In this document: one piece after another, positions 1 to 8,938 of the stretch
Layout: every line of letters begins with the position of its first letter
Position numbering within the stretch: the first letter of the stretch is position 1
Assembly: GCA_003142375.1 (NCBI GenBank)
Contig: PLME01000011.1
Span: forward strand, 14,599-78,598
DNA: 64,000 nucleotides
Source: Dehalococcoidia bacterium
GTDB lineage: Bacteria > Chloroflexota > Dehalococcoidia > GIF9 > UBA5629
Direction of reading: 5' to 3'
Translations under genes and position numbers: made by a program
Notes under the pieces: generated by a model
Seen by the model: only the letters and a program-made list of their open reading frames with translations
Told to the model about the DNA's origin: nothing
Database searches by the model: none

Positions 1-192
1 ATCCCGGAGCGGCGTCCACCCCCTGCGCTGAGAAAAAAAGCCGCAGCGGAGGCCGGAGCAGCCAAAATCGGTGCACTTCCGCTGCCGGTGTGGCGCTGCA
101 AAGTCTGCGGGTATCTATGTGCGCGTGACGGCCCGCCCGAGATATGCCCCATCTGCAAGGCCAAAAAAGATAGGTTCGAGCGTTTCATTTAG
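1..192 (+). CDS. 3' fragment of a CDS ending in a rubredoxin-type Cys4 zinc ribbon (…[33 protein letters not shown]); 5' end lies outside the window
   Basis: Frame 1 is open from nt 1 to TAG at 190-192. The CxxC…CxxC spacing matches the C-terminal rubredoxin-like domains of rubrerythrin and related proteins. Confidence 0.5.
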   Translation: MPERRPPPALRKKAAAEAGAAKIGALPLPVWRCKVCGYLCARDGPPEICPICKAKKDRFERFI

Positions 193-252
193 CCTTATAA
201 TAATTCTCAGGGATCTTTTGCTTCTTATCTGCGAGAATAATTAGACCTGCGT

Positions 253-1029
253 ATGAAAGACGTCTGGAAACATTATAACCTTGCCCGTATCGGGTGGCTT
301 CAGCGGCACGGCTCGATATATTTCCCCTTCTGGAATATGGTCTTTAAATATCCCCCGCTGCTGGCCTTCAACGCCGTCCTGATGCTGAAATCCAACCTTA
401 CTAACTCGTGCATCGTGCATGTCATCGGGGACAGCCACGTAGTGCCCTTCACCTACCGCTTCCCCTACCTGATACACCATATATCCCAGGCCACGGCCTA
501 CAACCTGGGGAAGGAGAAGAGCTTCACCCGCTCCAGCGAGTATTTAAAGCTGTTCCTCTCCAAAATAAATAAAAAGAGGGACGTGGTCATGCTGGTTTTC
601 GGGGAGATCGACGCCCGGGTGCATATCTATCTGCAGTACGGCAAGAGCGGAAGGACCTTAAGCATCGACACCCTGGTGGACGCTACGGTGGAGACGTATG
701 GGGAGGTCATCAAACGGATAAAGGAAGACGGGTTCGCCGTCTGCGTTCACGGCATTCCGCCAGCGGCCAGCAAGGAATTCATCACCGCCCTGCCGTTTTC
801 AGGCAAGCCGCGTGAGAGGAGCGAGATATCCAGGAAGTTTAATCAAAAGCTGAAGGAACGCTGTGAGTCGTTGAGGGTGCCCTATATAGATATTCAGTCC
901 ATAGCCTCCGATGATAGCGGCTTTATTAAGAAGTATTACCTGGCGGATGAGGTGCACTGCAATAGCAAGATAGTGCCCTTCACCAGCAGCGTCATTAAAG
1001 AGGCCTTCGGGAAAGAGAAAAGATTTTAA
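253..1029 (+). CDS. hypothetical protein with possible SGNH/GDSL-hydrolase-like blocks (GDSHV … FGEID … DEVH)
   Basis: 258-aa ORF with hydrolase-like motifs I, III and V in the expected order. No close family recognised. Confidence 0.5.
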   Translation: MKDVWKHYNLARIGWLQRHGSIYFPFWNMVFKYPPLLAFNAVLMLKSNLTNSCIVHVIGDSHVVPFTYRFPYLIHHISQATAYNLGKEKSFTRSSEYLKLFLSKINKKRDVVMLVFGEIDARVHIYLQYGKSGRTLSIDTLVDATVETYGEVIKRIKEDGFAVCVHGIPPAASKEFITALPFSGKPRERSEISRKFNQKLKERCESLRVPYIDIQSIASDDSGFIKKYYLADEVHCNSKIVPFTSSVIKEAFGKEKRF

Positions 1030-1056
1030 TAGTTGCGACCGGTCAGGCCGCATGAG

Positions 1057-1230
1057 CTATTTGACGCCGACCGGTTCGGTGGATGGCTTGAACCTGATGC
1101 CGTTCCAATCGTACAACTGCCTTCCGCACTGGGTGCACATGACAAGTGTATTGCGGCCGCTGGCCTCTTCACGTGCCCTGACCAGTTTTTGACAGGAAGG
1201 GCAGTAAACCCTTTTGATTAGCATTTTCAT
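1057..1230 (-). CDS. small zinc-ribbon protein, 57 aa (MKMLIKRVYCPSCQKLVRAREEASGRNTLVMCTQCGRQLYDWNGIRFKPSTEPVGVK)
   Basis: Below the 60-aa cutoff of the ORF track. Two CxxC pairs. GGGAGG sits 8 nt upstream of the ATG. Preferred over the overlapping 62-aa plus-strand ORF, which has no RBS. Confidence 0.5.
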   Translation of the reverse strand: MKMLIKRVYCPSCQKLVRAREEASGRNTLVMCTQCGRQLYDWNGIRFKPSTEPVGVK

Positions 1231-1463
1231 ACCTTGGCCTCCCTATAGTTACCTGTACTATTCTAGCACACAGGGGGAGGCGCGGAATAAGAAAACGTAA
1301 TTATCCCATCGAGATAAGCGGTTGATTGGTAATCTATCTTATTACTTTTCTTGCTGAGTCTGACCCTATCGTCCCAATATTTTGGGCACTTTAGTACTAT
1401 TAAATATTCTATTATTCCTGCACTATTAGTAACAATAAAGGCAAAAATAAGGAGGCGATAGTA

Positions 1464-1754
1464 TTGGCGATAAATAACAACCTTCTGGAAAAAGCCTTGC
1501 GTCATGCGGGAGGCTGGGAAGAACTTGAGCGGCAATATAATGAGATTAAGAAAAACCAGTTTTACATTGATGACAATAAGGTTGAATTGTTGCAATCGTT
1601 TGATGGCAATTGGATCGCAGTTTATAATTCCGTAGTGGTAGCCAATGGCAAGGATTATGAATCTGTTGCTAAAGTATTGGCAAATAAGAAAATGCCGGCT
1701 GAGGAAACTGCAATCAGGTTCATATCGAGTAAGAAAATTGCCACCCCCTTTTAA
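1464..1754 (+). CDS. hypothetical small protein, 96 aa, TTG start
   Basis: AGGAGG 8 nt upstream of TTG. Followed by a strong hairpin terminator. Confidence 0.5.
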   Translation: MAINNNLLEKALRHAGGWEELERQYNEIKKNQFYIDDNKVELLQSFDGNWIAVYNSVVVANGKDYESVAKVLANKKMPAEETAIRFISSKKIATPF

Positions 1755-1808
1755 TATATGACCCGGATGGCTCATGGTACTTGTTACCATGGGATAATTA
1801 CGTAAAAA

Positions 1809-1843
1809 ATCCCCCGGACTTTGCTGAGGTCCGGGGGATTTTA
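1809..1843. terminator. bidirectional intrinsic terminator (11-bp perfect stem ATCCCCCGGAC/GTCCGGGGGAT flanked by an A-run and a T-run)
   Basis: Perfect inverted repeat with 6 A's upstream and TTTT downstream. Lies between the convergent 1464-1754 (+) and abfD (-) genes. Confidence 0.65.
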
Positions 1844-1923
1844 TTGTAAACCCGTCATTGCGAGCGAAGCGAAGCAATGACCAGTGAATAAAATCACTTC
1901 GTTCCTCGCAATGACCCAAATAA

Positions 1924-3429
1924 CTAGTCTTTGATACCGGCTATCTTTTTGACCATGTTTTTCTTGGACTCGATGTCGTACTGAGTCGTTATGGCGATCT
2001 GTTCCATGACGGGTGAGCCGCCGCCGTGGTAGCTGCCGACCTGGTGTATTCCACCCGTGGCCGAGCAAAGAGCATCGCCGACATACATCCAGAATTTGAT
2101 GGCATTTTCGGTTTTTATAGCGGGGTTGCGCATGGTGTACTTTTCCAGCAGGGCCTTGGTATCGGGATTGAGGAAATCGGCCTCATGCGGGAAGGTTGCG
2201 GGAATGCCGCCGGAGATGTCGCAGAGAATCTCTGATTCCCTGTAAACATTTTCGCCGGTCAGGCAGCGTCCGACATTGCAGTAAATTGAGTTTGGAATAT
2301 AGCTGCCCGGGCCATAGGGGACAAAGCCCACACCCGGCATGTAGACCTCCGGTTTGCCCAGCTCGGATGCTGTAAAACCGGCGGCATAGCCGAGCTCGGT
2401 TACCATGATGAGCTCTGCCAGCTTTTCTCTCACGTGGCTGGCCTTGTGCACGCCGTTATATTCGGCGGCCAGGGCTGCCGTGCCAACGGTGATGTCGCCG
2501 ATGGCCGGCTTGCAGCCGGAGTAGCTGTGGCGATGGAAGAGGGCGAAGAGAAGTGCGCCTACTGCTCCGTGAACGGTCTCGCCGCAGAGGAAAACCCTTT
2601 CCCAGGGGATGAAGCATTTGTCGAAGATGGTATATGAGTCGGTTGCGCCGGGCATAAAGCCCCTCTTGAAATGCTTGCGCTCCCTCAGGTTATGGATGGT
2701 TACGACCTGCTTAATGCCCTCATAGTCTGCCGGGACGGCGAAGGCCACCGCCCAATCGTTTTCAGTTGGCAGAAGTGCGCGGGTGGGAACAACGATGATC
2801 TCGTCGGCTGTTGAGGCCTCGGAGTTATGGACCTTGCATCCGCTGACCACTATGCCGTCGCTTTTCCTCTCAACTACGTGCAGGTAGAGGTCCGGGTCGA
2901 TCTGCTCGCTGGGCCTCTTCATTCTGTCGCCTTTAACATCAGTTTGTGCGCAGCATCCGACCAGGTCTTCGTTCTGAAAACGTTCGAGCCACTTAAGGAA
3001 ATTCTTGTGATACTCGGTGCTGCCTTTGTTTTGCTTGTCGGCTTCAAAGGATATGGCGTTGAGCGCATTGGAGCCGTCGATGCCCATGCAGCGCTGTATG
3101 CAGCCGCCCACCCGCTGGCAGAGGGCACGTGTCATATCCTGCTTCTTGTGCAGGTCTTCCTTGCTCTGATGGATGTGGGTGAAACGGTTAATGGTATTGC
3201 CTGTGATGTGGCTCTTGGCCAGCATCAGGTCCTGTAGATTGGGGTCCTGGGCGAAATCGTACGTCGACCCGATGGTGTTGATAGTGTTCATCTGCTGTTC
3301 ATCGCACCGGTCGATTAGATGGCCGTCGTAATATACGTTGCGGCGCATCTTGCTCAGGCGTTCCGTGAATTGTTTCTTAGTTCCCAGACATGTTTTAGGT
3401 GTTTTTGTTGCTTTACTGTCTATTGCCAT
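1924..3429 (-). CDS. abfD: 4-hydroxybutyryl-CoA dehydratase / vinylacetyl-CoA delta-isomerase (4-hydroxyphenylacetate 3-hydroxylase family)
   Basis: 501 aa. Strong similarity along the whole length to Clostridium aminobutyricum AbfD as I remember it (TINRF..HQS.DL.KK, DPDLYL.VVE.R.DGIVV.G.K, C-terminal KK..K.IAGIK). AAGGAGG RBS. Confidence 0.8.
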   Translation of the reverse strand: MAIDSKATKTPKTCLGTKKQFTERLSKMRRNVYYDGHLIDRCDEQQMNTINTIGSTYDFAQDPNLQDLMLAKSHITGNTINRFTHIHQSKEDLHKKQDMTRALCQRVGGCIQRCMGIDGSNALNAISFEADKQNKGSTEYHKNFLKWLERFQNEDLVGCCAQTDVKGDRMKRPSEQIDPDLYLHVVERKSDGIVVSGCKVHNSEASTADEIIVVPTRALLPTENDWAVAFAVPADYEGIKQVVTIHNLRERKHFKRGFMPGATDSYTIFDKCFIPWERVFLCGETVHGAVGALLFALFHRHSYSGCKPAIGDITVGTAALAAEYNGVHKASHVREKLAELIMVTELGYAAGFTASELGKPEVYMPGVGFVPYGPGSYIPNSIYCNVGRCLTGENVYRESEILCDISGGIPATFPHEADFLNPDTKALLEKYTMRNPAIKTENAIKFWMYVGDALCSATGGIHQVGSYHGGGSPVMEQIAITTQYDIESKKNMVKKIAGIKD

Positions 3430-3505
3430 ATTTCCTCCTTATAGCAATGCTAATTATTTACTTTTTGATCCTACGACAGGTAGGCATGGATCGTTGTGAC
3501 GTCTT

Positions 3506-4225
3506 TCATGCCACCTGCTTGACCGGCTGCAATTTTTTATGGCCGTTCTTTTTAGGGGACCTTTTCAGATGTGACAGGATAGCGCCAGTCTGCTCCTCAG
3601 TATATTCTTCCAGTGTGTAGTGCTTCTTGAGAAACCAGCCGCGGTTGGCCCAGGCGTTGGCTATAACAATAATGTTATGGGCCGCTAGCCGGGGATCCTG
3701 TGCTTCGAAAACCCCCTCGGCAATTCCGTCGGCAATGAGTTTCTCATAATAATCGATAACGCGGCTTTCCGCCTTATAGACGATCTTTCTATCCTGCAGG
3801 GGCAGGGAAAGCATTATATGGTTGACGAAGTTGTGGAAATCACGGTAATTTTCCACGATCTCCAGATAATTCTTGATAGAGTCTTTCAGCCGCTCCTCGC
3901 AGGACTTGCCTTTTTGTTCCTTGGTAAAGCGGGAGAGCGATTGGCAAGTCAGGTCCGAAGTGAAATTGATGATAAGATAGAGTATATCCTCTTTGGAACC
4001 TATGTAATGATACAGCCCGCCTGTGCTCATCCCCAGGGCCGAGGCCAGTTCCCTGGTACTGATATTGTGGTAGCCCCTCTTTGTGATCAGTTCGGTGGCT
4101 ATCTTGACGATATGGTTTCTGCGTTCGTTAACCAGTTCGGTATCGCTGCTGAATGTTCTTACTTTTCTCATATTGCAGACCGAGCGCTCAGTCGATGTGA
4201 GTATTTTAGCATAATAACCGGCCAT
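3506..4225 (-). CDS. TetR/AcrR family transcriptional regulator
   Basis: N-terminal HTH signature (ISTRELASALGMSTGGLYHYIGSKEDIL). Divergent from the acyl-CoA dehydrogenase gene. Start codon uncertain. Confidence 0.8.
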   Translation of the reverse strand: MAGYYAKILTSTERSVCNMRKVRTFSSDTELVNERRNHIVKIATELITKRGYHNISTRELASALGMSTGGLYHYIGSKEDILYLIINFTSDLTCQSLSRFTKEQKGKSCEERLKDSIKNYLEIVENYRDFHNFVNHIMLSLPLQDRKIVYKAESRVIDYYEKLIADGIAEGVFEAQDPRLAAHNIIVIANAWANRGWFLKKHYTLEEYTEEQTGAILSHLKRSPKKNGHKKLQPVKQVA

Positions 4226-4352
4226 TACAAAATGTACAGAGAGCAGATGCGGTTGACTCTAATGGGCTGCTGGGTTAGGATACCCTGTGTTTAAAATAAC
4301 TCCGCATGGACCACGGCTTGACATAAATAACATATAAATCAGGAGACGAAGC

Positions 4353-5537
4353 ATGAAATTCCAGGGAGTGGACTATTATTGCATCGATGACCTATTGAGT
4401 GCGGAAGAGAAGATGACCCGTAAGATGACCAGGGACTTTATGGAAGATATTATTAAGCCCATGGTGGTCGATGCCTTCCATACCGAAGAACCGCTGGACA
4501 TGAGGGCGCTGGCGCCCAAAATGGGGGAGCTGGGGCTTATCGGGCCTTTTATACCCAGGGAGTACGGGGCTGCCGGGTCGAGCTATGTAACCTTCGGCCT
4601 GATCTCGCAGGAGATCGAGAGGGTGGACAGCTCGATGCGCAGCTTTGCAGCAGTTTCGGCCGGGCTGGTGATGTTCCCCATCTGGCAATACGGATCGGAG
4701 GAGCAGAAAATGAAATGGCTGCCGGCCATGGCCAAGGGCGAGAAAATCGGCTGCTTCGGGCTGACGGAACCGAATGTGGGCTCAGACGTTTCGTCGCTGG
4801 AGACCGTGGCGGTGAAAAAGGGCAATAAATGGGTTATCAACGGCGCCAAGCAGTGGATAAGCGAGGCTGCCATGGCGGATGTCGCCGTTGTCTGGGCTAA
4901 GACCAGCCAGGGTGTCAAGGGCTTCCTGGTGGAGAGGGGTACGACCGGGTTCGAGCAAAAATTTATGAGCAAGAAGGGTTCCATGCGGGCAGGGGATGTG
5001 GGTGAGCTTGTCTTGAGCGATGTCAGCATCCCTGAGGACAGCATGCTGCCCAAGTCGGGTGGTCTGAAATCGCCCCTGTCCTGCCTGAATATGGCCAGAT
5101 ACGGCATATCGTGGGGCGCTCTGGGAGCCGCCATGGACTGTTACGAAACGGCCCTTAATTACACCGGCGAGAGGAAGCAGTTCGGTGCGCCAATAGCATC
5201 GTTCCAGTTGGTTCAGGAAAAGCTGGTGACGATGTTGATCGAGATCACCAAAGGGCAGTTGCTCTCCTACCAACTCGGCAGGCTGATGGATGCCGGGAAG
5301 GCCAGGCCAACCCAGATATCCATGGCTAAAAAGAACAATGTCGGGGTGGCGCGCATGTGTGCCCGCACGGCTCGCGAGCTACTGGGGGCCAACGGCGTTT
5401 CCCTCGAGTATTCACCCATCCGGCATATGGCCAATATCGAGTCCGTCTATACTTACGAGGGGACGGACGACATCCACACCCTTATCATAGGCCAGGATAT
5501 AACCGGCATCTCGGCTTTCGGCGGGGGCAGGCAGTAA
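4353..5537 (+). CDS. acyl-CoA dehydrogenase, glutaryl-CoA dehydrogenase-like
   Basis: 394 aa with ACAD N, middle and C domains. GcdH-like N-terminus (DYY.IDDLLS.EE). AGGAG RBS. Confidence 0.8.
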   Translation: MKFQGVDYYCIDDLLSAEEKMTRKMTRDFMEDIIKPMVVDAFHTEEPLDMRALAPKMGELGLIGPFIPREYGAAGSSYVTFGLISQEIERVDSSMRSFAAVSAGLVMFPIWQYGSEEQKMKWLPAMAKGEKIGCFGLTEPNVGSDVSSLETVAVKKGNKWVINGAKQWISEAAMADVAVVWAKTSQGVKGFLVERGTTGFEQKFMSKKGSMRAGDVGELVLSDVSIPEDSMLPKSGGLKSPLSCLNMARYGISWGALGAAMDCYETALNYTGERKQFGAPIASFQLVQEKLVTMLIEITKGQLLSYQLGRLMDAGKARPTQISMAKKNNVGVARMCARTARELLGANGVSLEYSPIRHMANIESVYTYEGTDDIHTLIIGQDITGISAFGGGRQ

Positions 5538-5665
5538 TACCGTGTTAGGGGTATTACTGGCAACTTGATACAGGTTGGCCTGCCGATCAGATAAGTTGTA
5601 CCATTAATGGCGGACGGCAACAGTCGCCAGACTTTAATCCGCATAATTACTTAAGAAGGAAAAGC

Positions 5666-5848
5666 ATGATGCCCCTTGCATTTTTTGGTTTTGCTATATT
5701 CTGTTGCGTTTTCGTTGCGGCTGTATTCGTACTGGTCTTCTGGACGATTATCAACGGCCTTCAGGATGAAGCAAAGCACAGGAAGCAGAATGCTATTTTA
5801 AAAAAAGAGAAGTCAGCCCCCACCGACGAGGGTGACAAACCCGCCTAA
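5666..5848 (+). CDS. small single-pass membrane protein, 60 aa
   Basis: GAAGGA RBS. Hydrophobic N-terminus followed by a charged tail. Confidence 0.4.
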   Translation: MMPLAFFGFAIFCCVFVAAVFVLVFWTIINGLQDEAKHRKQNAILKKEKSAPTDEGDKPA

Positions 5849-5916
5849 TCAGCAACCTCTCAGGCCGCTAATTATAGTAATATACTCGTTAGAAGTCCGA
5901 TCACCAATCTTGCTGG

Positions 5917-8184
5917 CTAGACAATGACTTCCGCCTGGTTCTTCTGCTTGATGGCGGCCTGCGCGGCAATGAGCTTGGCAATGGGCACCCGGAATGGGCT
6001 GCAGCTCACGTAGTCCACGTTAATGGCGTGGAAGAAACTTATGGAGTGGGGTTCCCCTGCCTGCTCGCCGCAGACTCCGATCGGGATATCTTGTTTGGAC
6101 CTTCTGGCCCAGAATATGGCTGTTTCCATGAGCCTGCCGACCCCTTTGATATCTATGATTTCAAATGGGTTGTTCTCCAGGATGCCGATTTCAAGATAGG
6201 TTGAGAGGAATTTCTTCTCGGCGTCCTCCCGGCTGAAAGAGTATACCGCCTGTGTCAGGTCATTAGTGCCGAAGGATAGGAAATCCGCCACCTCGGCCAG
6301 CCTCCCGGCCCTCATGCAGGCACGCACGGTCTCCATCATGGTCCCCACCTTCAGCGTGGAGCCTTCGGTGCAGCTCTTTTTTATCATTATCAGCTCCTGG
6401 GAGGTAATAACCTGGGGTATCATTATCGAGACGTCTGCCGGCGCTTCCTTCTTGGCTGCCTCTATGGCCTGGACCTGCATTAAATAAATTTCCGGATTGG
6501 TGACGGCTACGCGCACACCCCTGTGCCCGAGCATGGGATTTATCTCCTTGAGCTCTACAATACGCTGCCTGGTCTTTTCGTCGGCTGCTTCCTTTTCAGA
6601 GGGGAGAAACTCATGCAGAGGCAGATCAAGAAGCCTGATGATAATGGGCAGGCCTTTCAGCTCTTTAAACAAGGCGATGAAATCCTCTTTTTGAAGTTTG
6701 CTCAGGTGTTTGAGCGCAGCTGATTTCTGGGCGGGGGTCGCAGCCAGGATGTATTCCCTAATGGCAGATAAGCGCTCTGGCCCGCTGAACTGACGCTCCG
6801 TGCGGCAAAGGCCTATGCCTTCGGCGCCCAGCTTAATGGCCTGGGCCACCATCTCGGGGATGTCGGCATTAGCCCTGACTCCCAGCCGTTTGGCACCGTC
6901 CAGCCAGGTGAGCAGTTCCTCGAATTCCTTGATCATTACGCCCTCTTCCATGGGAAGCACACCGAGGTACACCGTGCCGCTGGTACCGTCGATGGTGATG
7001 GTGTCCCCCTTATAGATAGTCTGCCCTTTACAGGTGAACAGCTTCTTTGCGAGATCGATTAGGATATCTTCGGCGCCGCAGACGCACGGTTTGCCCATGG
7101 CCCTGGTCACGATGGCAGCGTGGGATGTCAGACCGCCCCTCGAGGTCAATACGCCGTCAGCCGCGGCAATGCCCTGGATATCGTCAGGGCTCGTCTCCGG
7201 CCTGACAAGGATGGAGGGGATGCTTTTCTTGGCCTGTGTCATGGCATCTTCCACAGTAAACACGACCTGCCCGCTGACAGCCCCGGGCGCAGCCGCCAAG
7301 CCTTTGGTCAACGGCTCATGCGCTTGAGTGGACTTGATATGTTTGTGCAAGAGCGCCCTCAGGTCATCGACGTTTAATCGGAGTATGGCTTCCTCCTGGG
7401 TGATAAGGCCCTGGTGCACCATATCTACCGCAGACCTAACGGCCGCCTGGCCGCTCCTTTTAGCCGATCGCGTTTGGAGTATGTAGAGAGTCCCGGACTC
7501 CACCGTGAACTCTATATCCTGCATGTTGCGGAAATGCTTCTCGAGGAAACTTACTTTTTGTTCCAGTTCCTTATATACCTCCGGCATGCTGGCCTTGAGC
7601 TGGGAGATGGGAACGGGCGTTTTGGCTCCGGATACGATGTCCTCTCCCTGTGCACATTCAATACATTCACCGAATAAACCGCTTTCACCCGTGCTGGGAT
7701 CACGGCTGAAGACAACGCCGGTTCCTGAGCGCGAGTCCTTATTGCCGAAAACCATGGCCTGTATGACAGCCGCGGTGCCTATATCGGAGGCAATATGGTT
7801 AAGCCGCCGGTATTCCACGGCACGCATATTGTCCCATGAATCGAAGATACGTTTTATGGCCGATCTCATGTCAGCCGCACTATTAATATTAAGTACCGTG
7901 TCCATCATGCCCGGCATTGAAATCGGCGCTGATGACCGTACCGAGACCTGAAGGCCCTTGCCAAGCTTGGCATGAGCCTGTTTTTCCAGTTCTGCCAGCG
8001 CTTGAGCGATCTCTTTTTCCGCCAGACGTCCGGTCTTTTTATATTCGTTATACCCCCCAACGGAAACCACAAACCCAGGTGGGACCGGCAAACCCAGCCT
8101 GGTCATAATCACGAGGTTAGCCCCTTTGTTACCCAATGCCGCCTTATCTTCGCAGGCACCACCAAACGAGTAAATATAATCCAT
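5917..8184 (-). CDS. ppdK: pyruvate, phosphate dikinase, compact form (PEP-utilising enzyme family)
   Basis: N-terminal GNKGANL…GLPVPPGF. Central phospho-His motif TSHAAIVTRAMG. C-terminal FGTNDLTQ and CGE…G. About 110 aa shorter than canonical PPDK in the nucleotide-binding domain. GAGGAGG RBS. Confidence 0.75.
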   Translation of the reverse strand: MDYIYSFGGACEDKAALGNKGANLVIMTRLGLPVPPGFVVSVGGYNEYKKTGRLAEKEIAQALAELEKQAHAKLGKGLQVSVRSSAPISMPGMMDTVLNINSAADMRSAIKRIFDSWDNMRAVEYRRLNHIASDIGTAAVIQAMVFGNKDSRSGTGVVFSRDPSTGESGLFGECIECAQGEDIVSGAKTPVPISQLKASMPEVYKELEQKVSFLEKHFRNMQDIEFTVESGTLYILQTRSAKRSGQAAVRSAVDMVHQGLITQEEAILRLNVDDLRALLHKHIKSTQAHEPLTKGLAAAPGAVSGQVVFTVEDAMTQAKKSIPSILVRPETSPDDIQGIAAADGVLTSRGGLTSHAAIVTRAMGKPCVCGAEDILIDLAKKLFTCKGQTIYKGDTITIDGTSGTVYLGVLPMEEGVMIKEFEELLTWLDGAKRLGVRANADIPEMVAQAIKLGAEGIGLCRTERQFSGPERLSAIREYILAATPAQKSAALKHLSKLQKEDFIALFKELKGLPIIIRLLDLPLHEFLPSEKEAADEKTRQRIVELKEINPMLGHRGVRVAVTNPEIYLMQVQAIEAAKKEAPADVSIMIPQVITSQELIMIKKSCTEGSTLKVGTMMETVRACMRAGRLAEVADFLSFGTNDLTQAVYSFSREDAEKKFLSTYLEIGILENNPFEIIDIKGVGRLMETAIFWARRSKQDIPIGVCGEQAGEPHSISFFHAINVDYVSCSPFRVPIAKLIAAQAAIKQKNQAEVIV

Positions 8185-8324
8185 GACAAGTCCTCCTCAA
8201 GTTACATTATATAGGAAAGACGTATAAATAAAAGGCCTTTTCAGTTCAAAATTCTGACCTGAAGATGCTAAATTTGACTTAACCTGTTTATAACTTTGGC
8301 CGTCCGTGATATGCTCATAATAAT

Positions 8325-8894
8325 ATGAAAAAGATAAACTGGTTTAAGCTGGGAATCATCTTTGTCCTTTTTGTGATTTTCAGTGCAGTTGTAGCTTATG
8401 CAACACAAATAGTTTTCACCAGCTTTCATTTGCCCATCCATAGGTATGAGCCTGCGGCCTACCTGACGATTTTCCTGGTTGCTCTGGTGGTGAACCTGTC
8501 ACTGATCCCGCTGCCCTTCGCGGTCTCTCTGATGATTGCTGCGGCCGCTATCTGGAACCCCATCCTGGTGGCTTTGGCCGGGAGCCTGGGAGCCAGCCTG
8601 GGGGAAATGAGCTATTACTATCTTGGATACCTGAGTAAGAAAGTTGCCATACCGGATGATATCATCGGGTACCAGACTGTGAAGTCCTGGGTCGATAAAT
8701 ACGGCATGTGGGCCATCGCCTTCCTCTCGTTCCAGCCGGTTATTCCCATGGAAATTGGTGGGCTGGTGGCCGGGCTGGCCAAATATCCCCTGGGCAAATT
8801 CCTCATCGCACTCTGGATCGGCAAATTTCCAAAATACATAATACTGATATACCTGGGATCCGCTTTAATGCACTTGATACCTGTTCTTCGTTAG
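8325..8894 (+). CDS. DedA/VTT-domain family membrane protein
   Basis: 189 aa, multi-TM, DedA-like core. Confidence 0.55.
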   Translation: MKKINWFKLGIIFVLFVIFSAVVAYATQIVFTSFHLPIHRYEPAAYLTIFLVALVVNLSLIPLPFAVSLMIAAAAIWNPILVALAGSLGASLGEMSYYYLGYLSKKVAIPDDIIGYQTVKSWVDKYGMWAIAFLSFQPVIPMEIGGLVAGLAKYPLGKFLIALWIGKFPKYIILIYLGSALMHLIPVLR

Positions 8895-8938
8895 GAGTTA
8901 CCCGCTATAACTGAATTGCTGCAGAGAGGCAAGAAATC

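Noticed and set aside
1033-1221. 62-aa plus-strand ORF overlapping the 57-aa zinc-ribbon ORF
   Set aside because: It has no RBS and no recognisable motifs. The opposite-strand ORF has a GGGAGG RBS and a Cys4 zinc ribbon.
1263-1919. 218-aa minus-strand ORF
   Set aside because: Low-complexity translation. It overlaps the well-supported 96-aa plus-strand gene and runs through both terminator hairpins.
4392-5273. Minus-strand ORFs (98, 183, 163 aa)
   Set aside because: Antisense to the acyl-CoA dehydrogenase gene.
5917-8184. Alternative call as phosphoenolpyruvate synthase (PpsA)
   Set aside because: The N-terminal GNKGANL…GLPVPPGF and overall motif set are closer to PPDK as I recall it. Kept as ppdK with reduced confidence.
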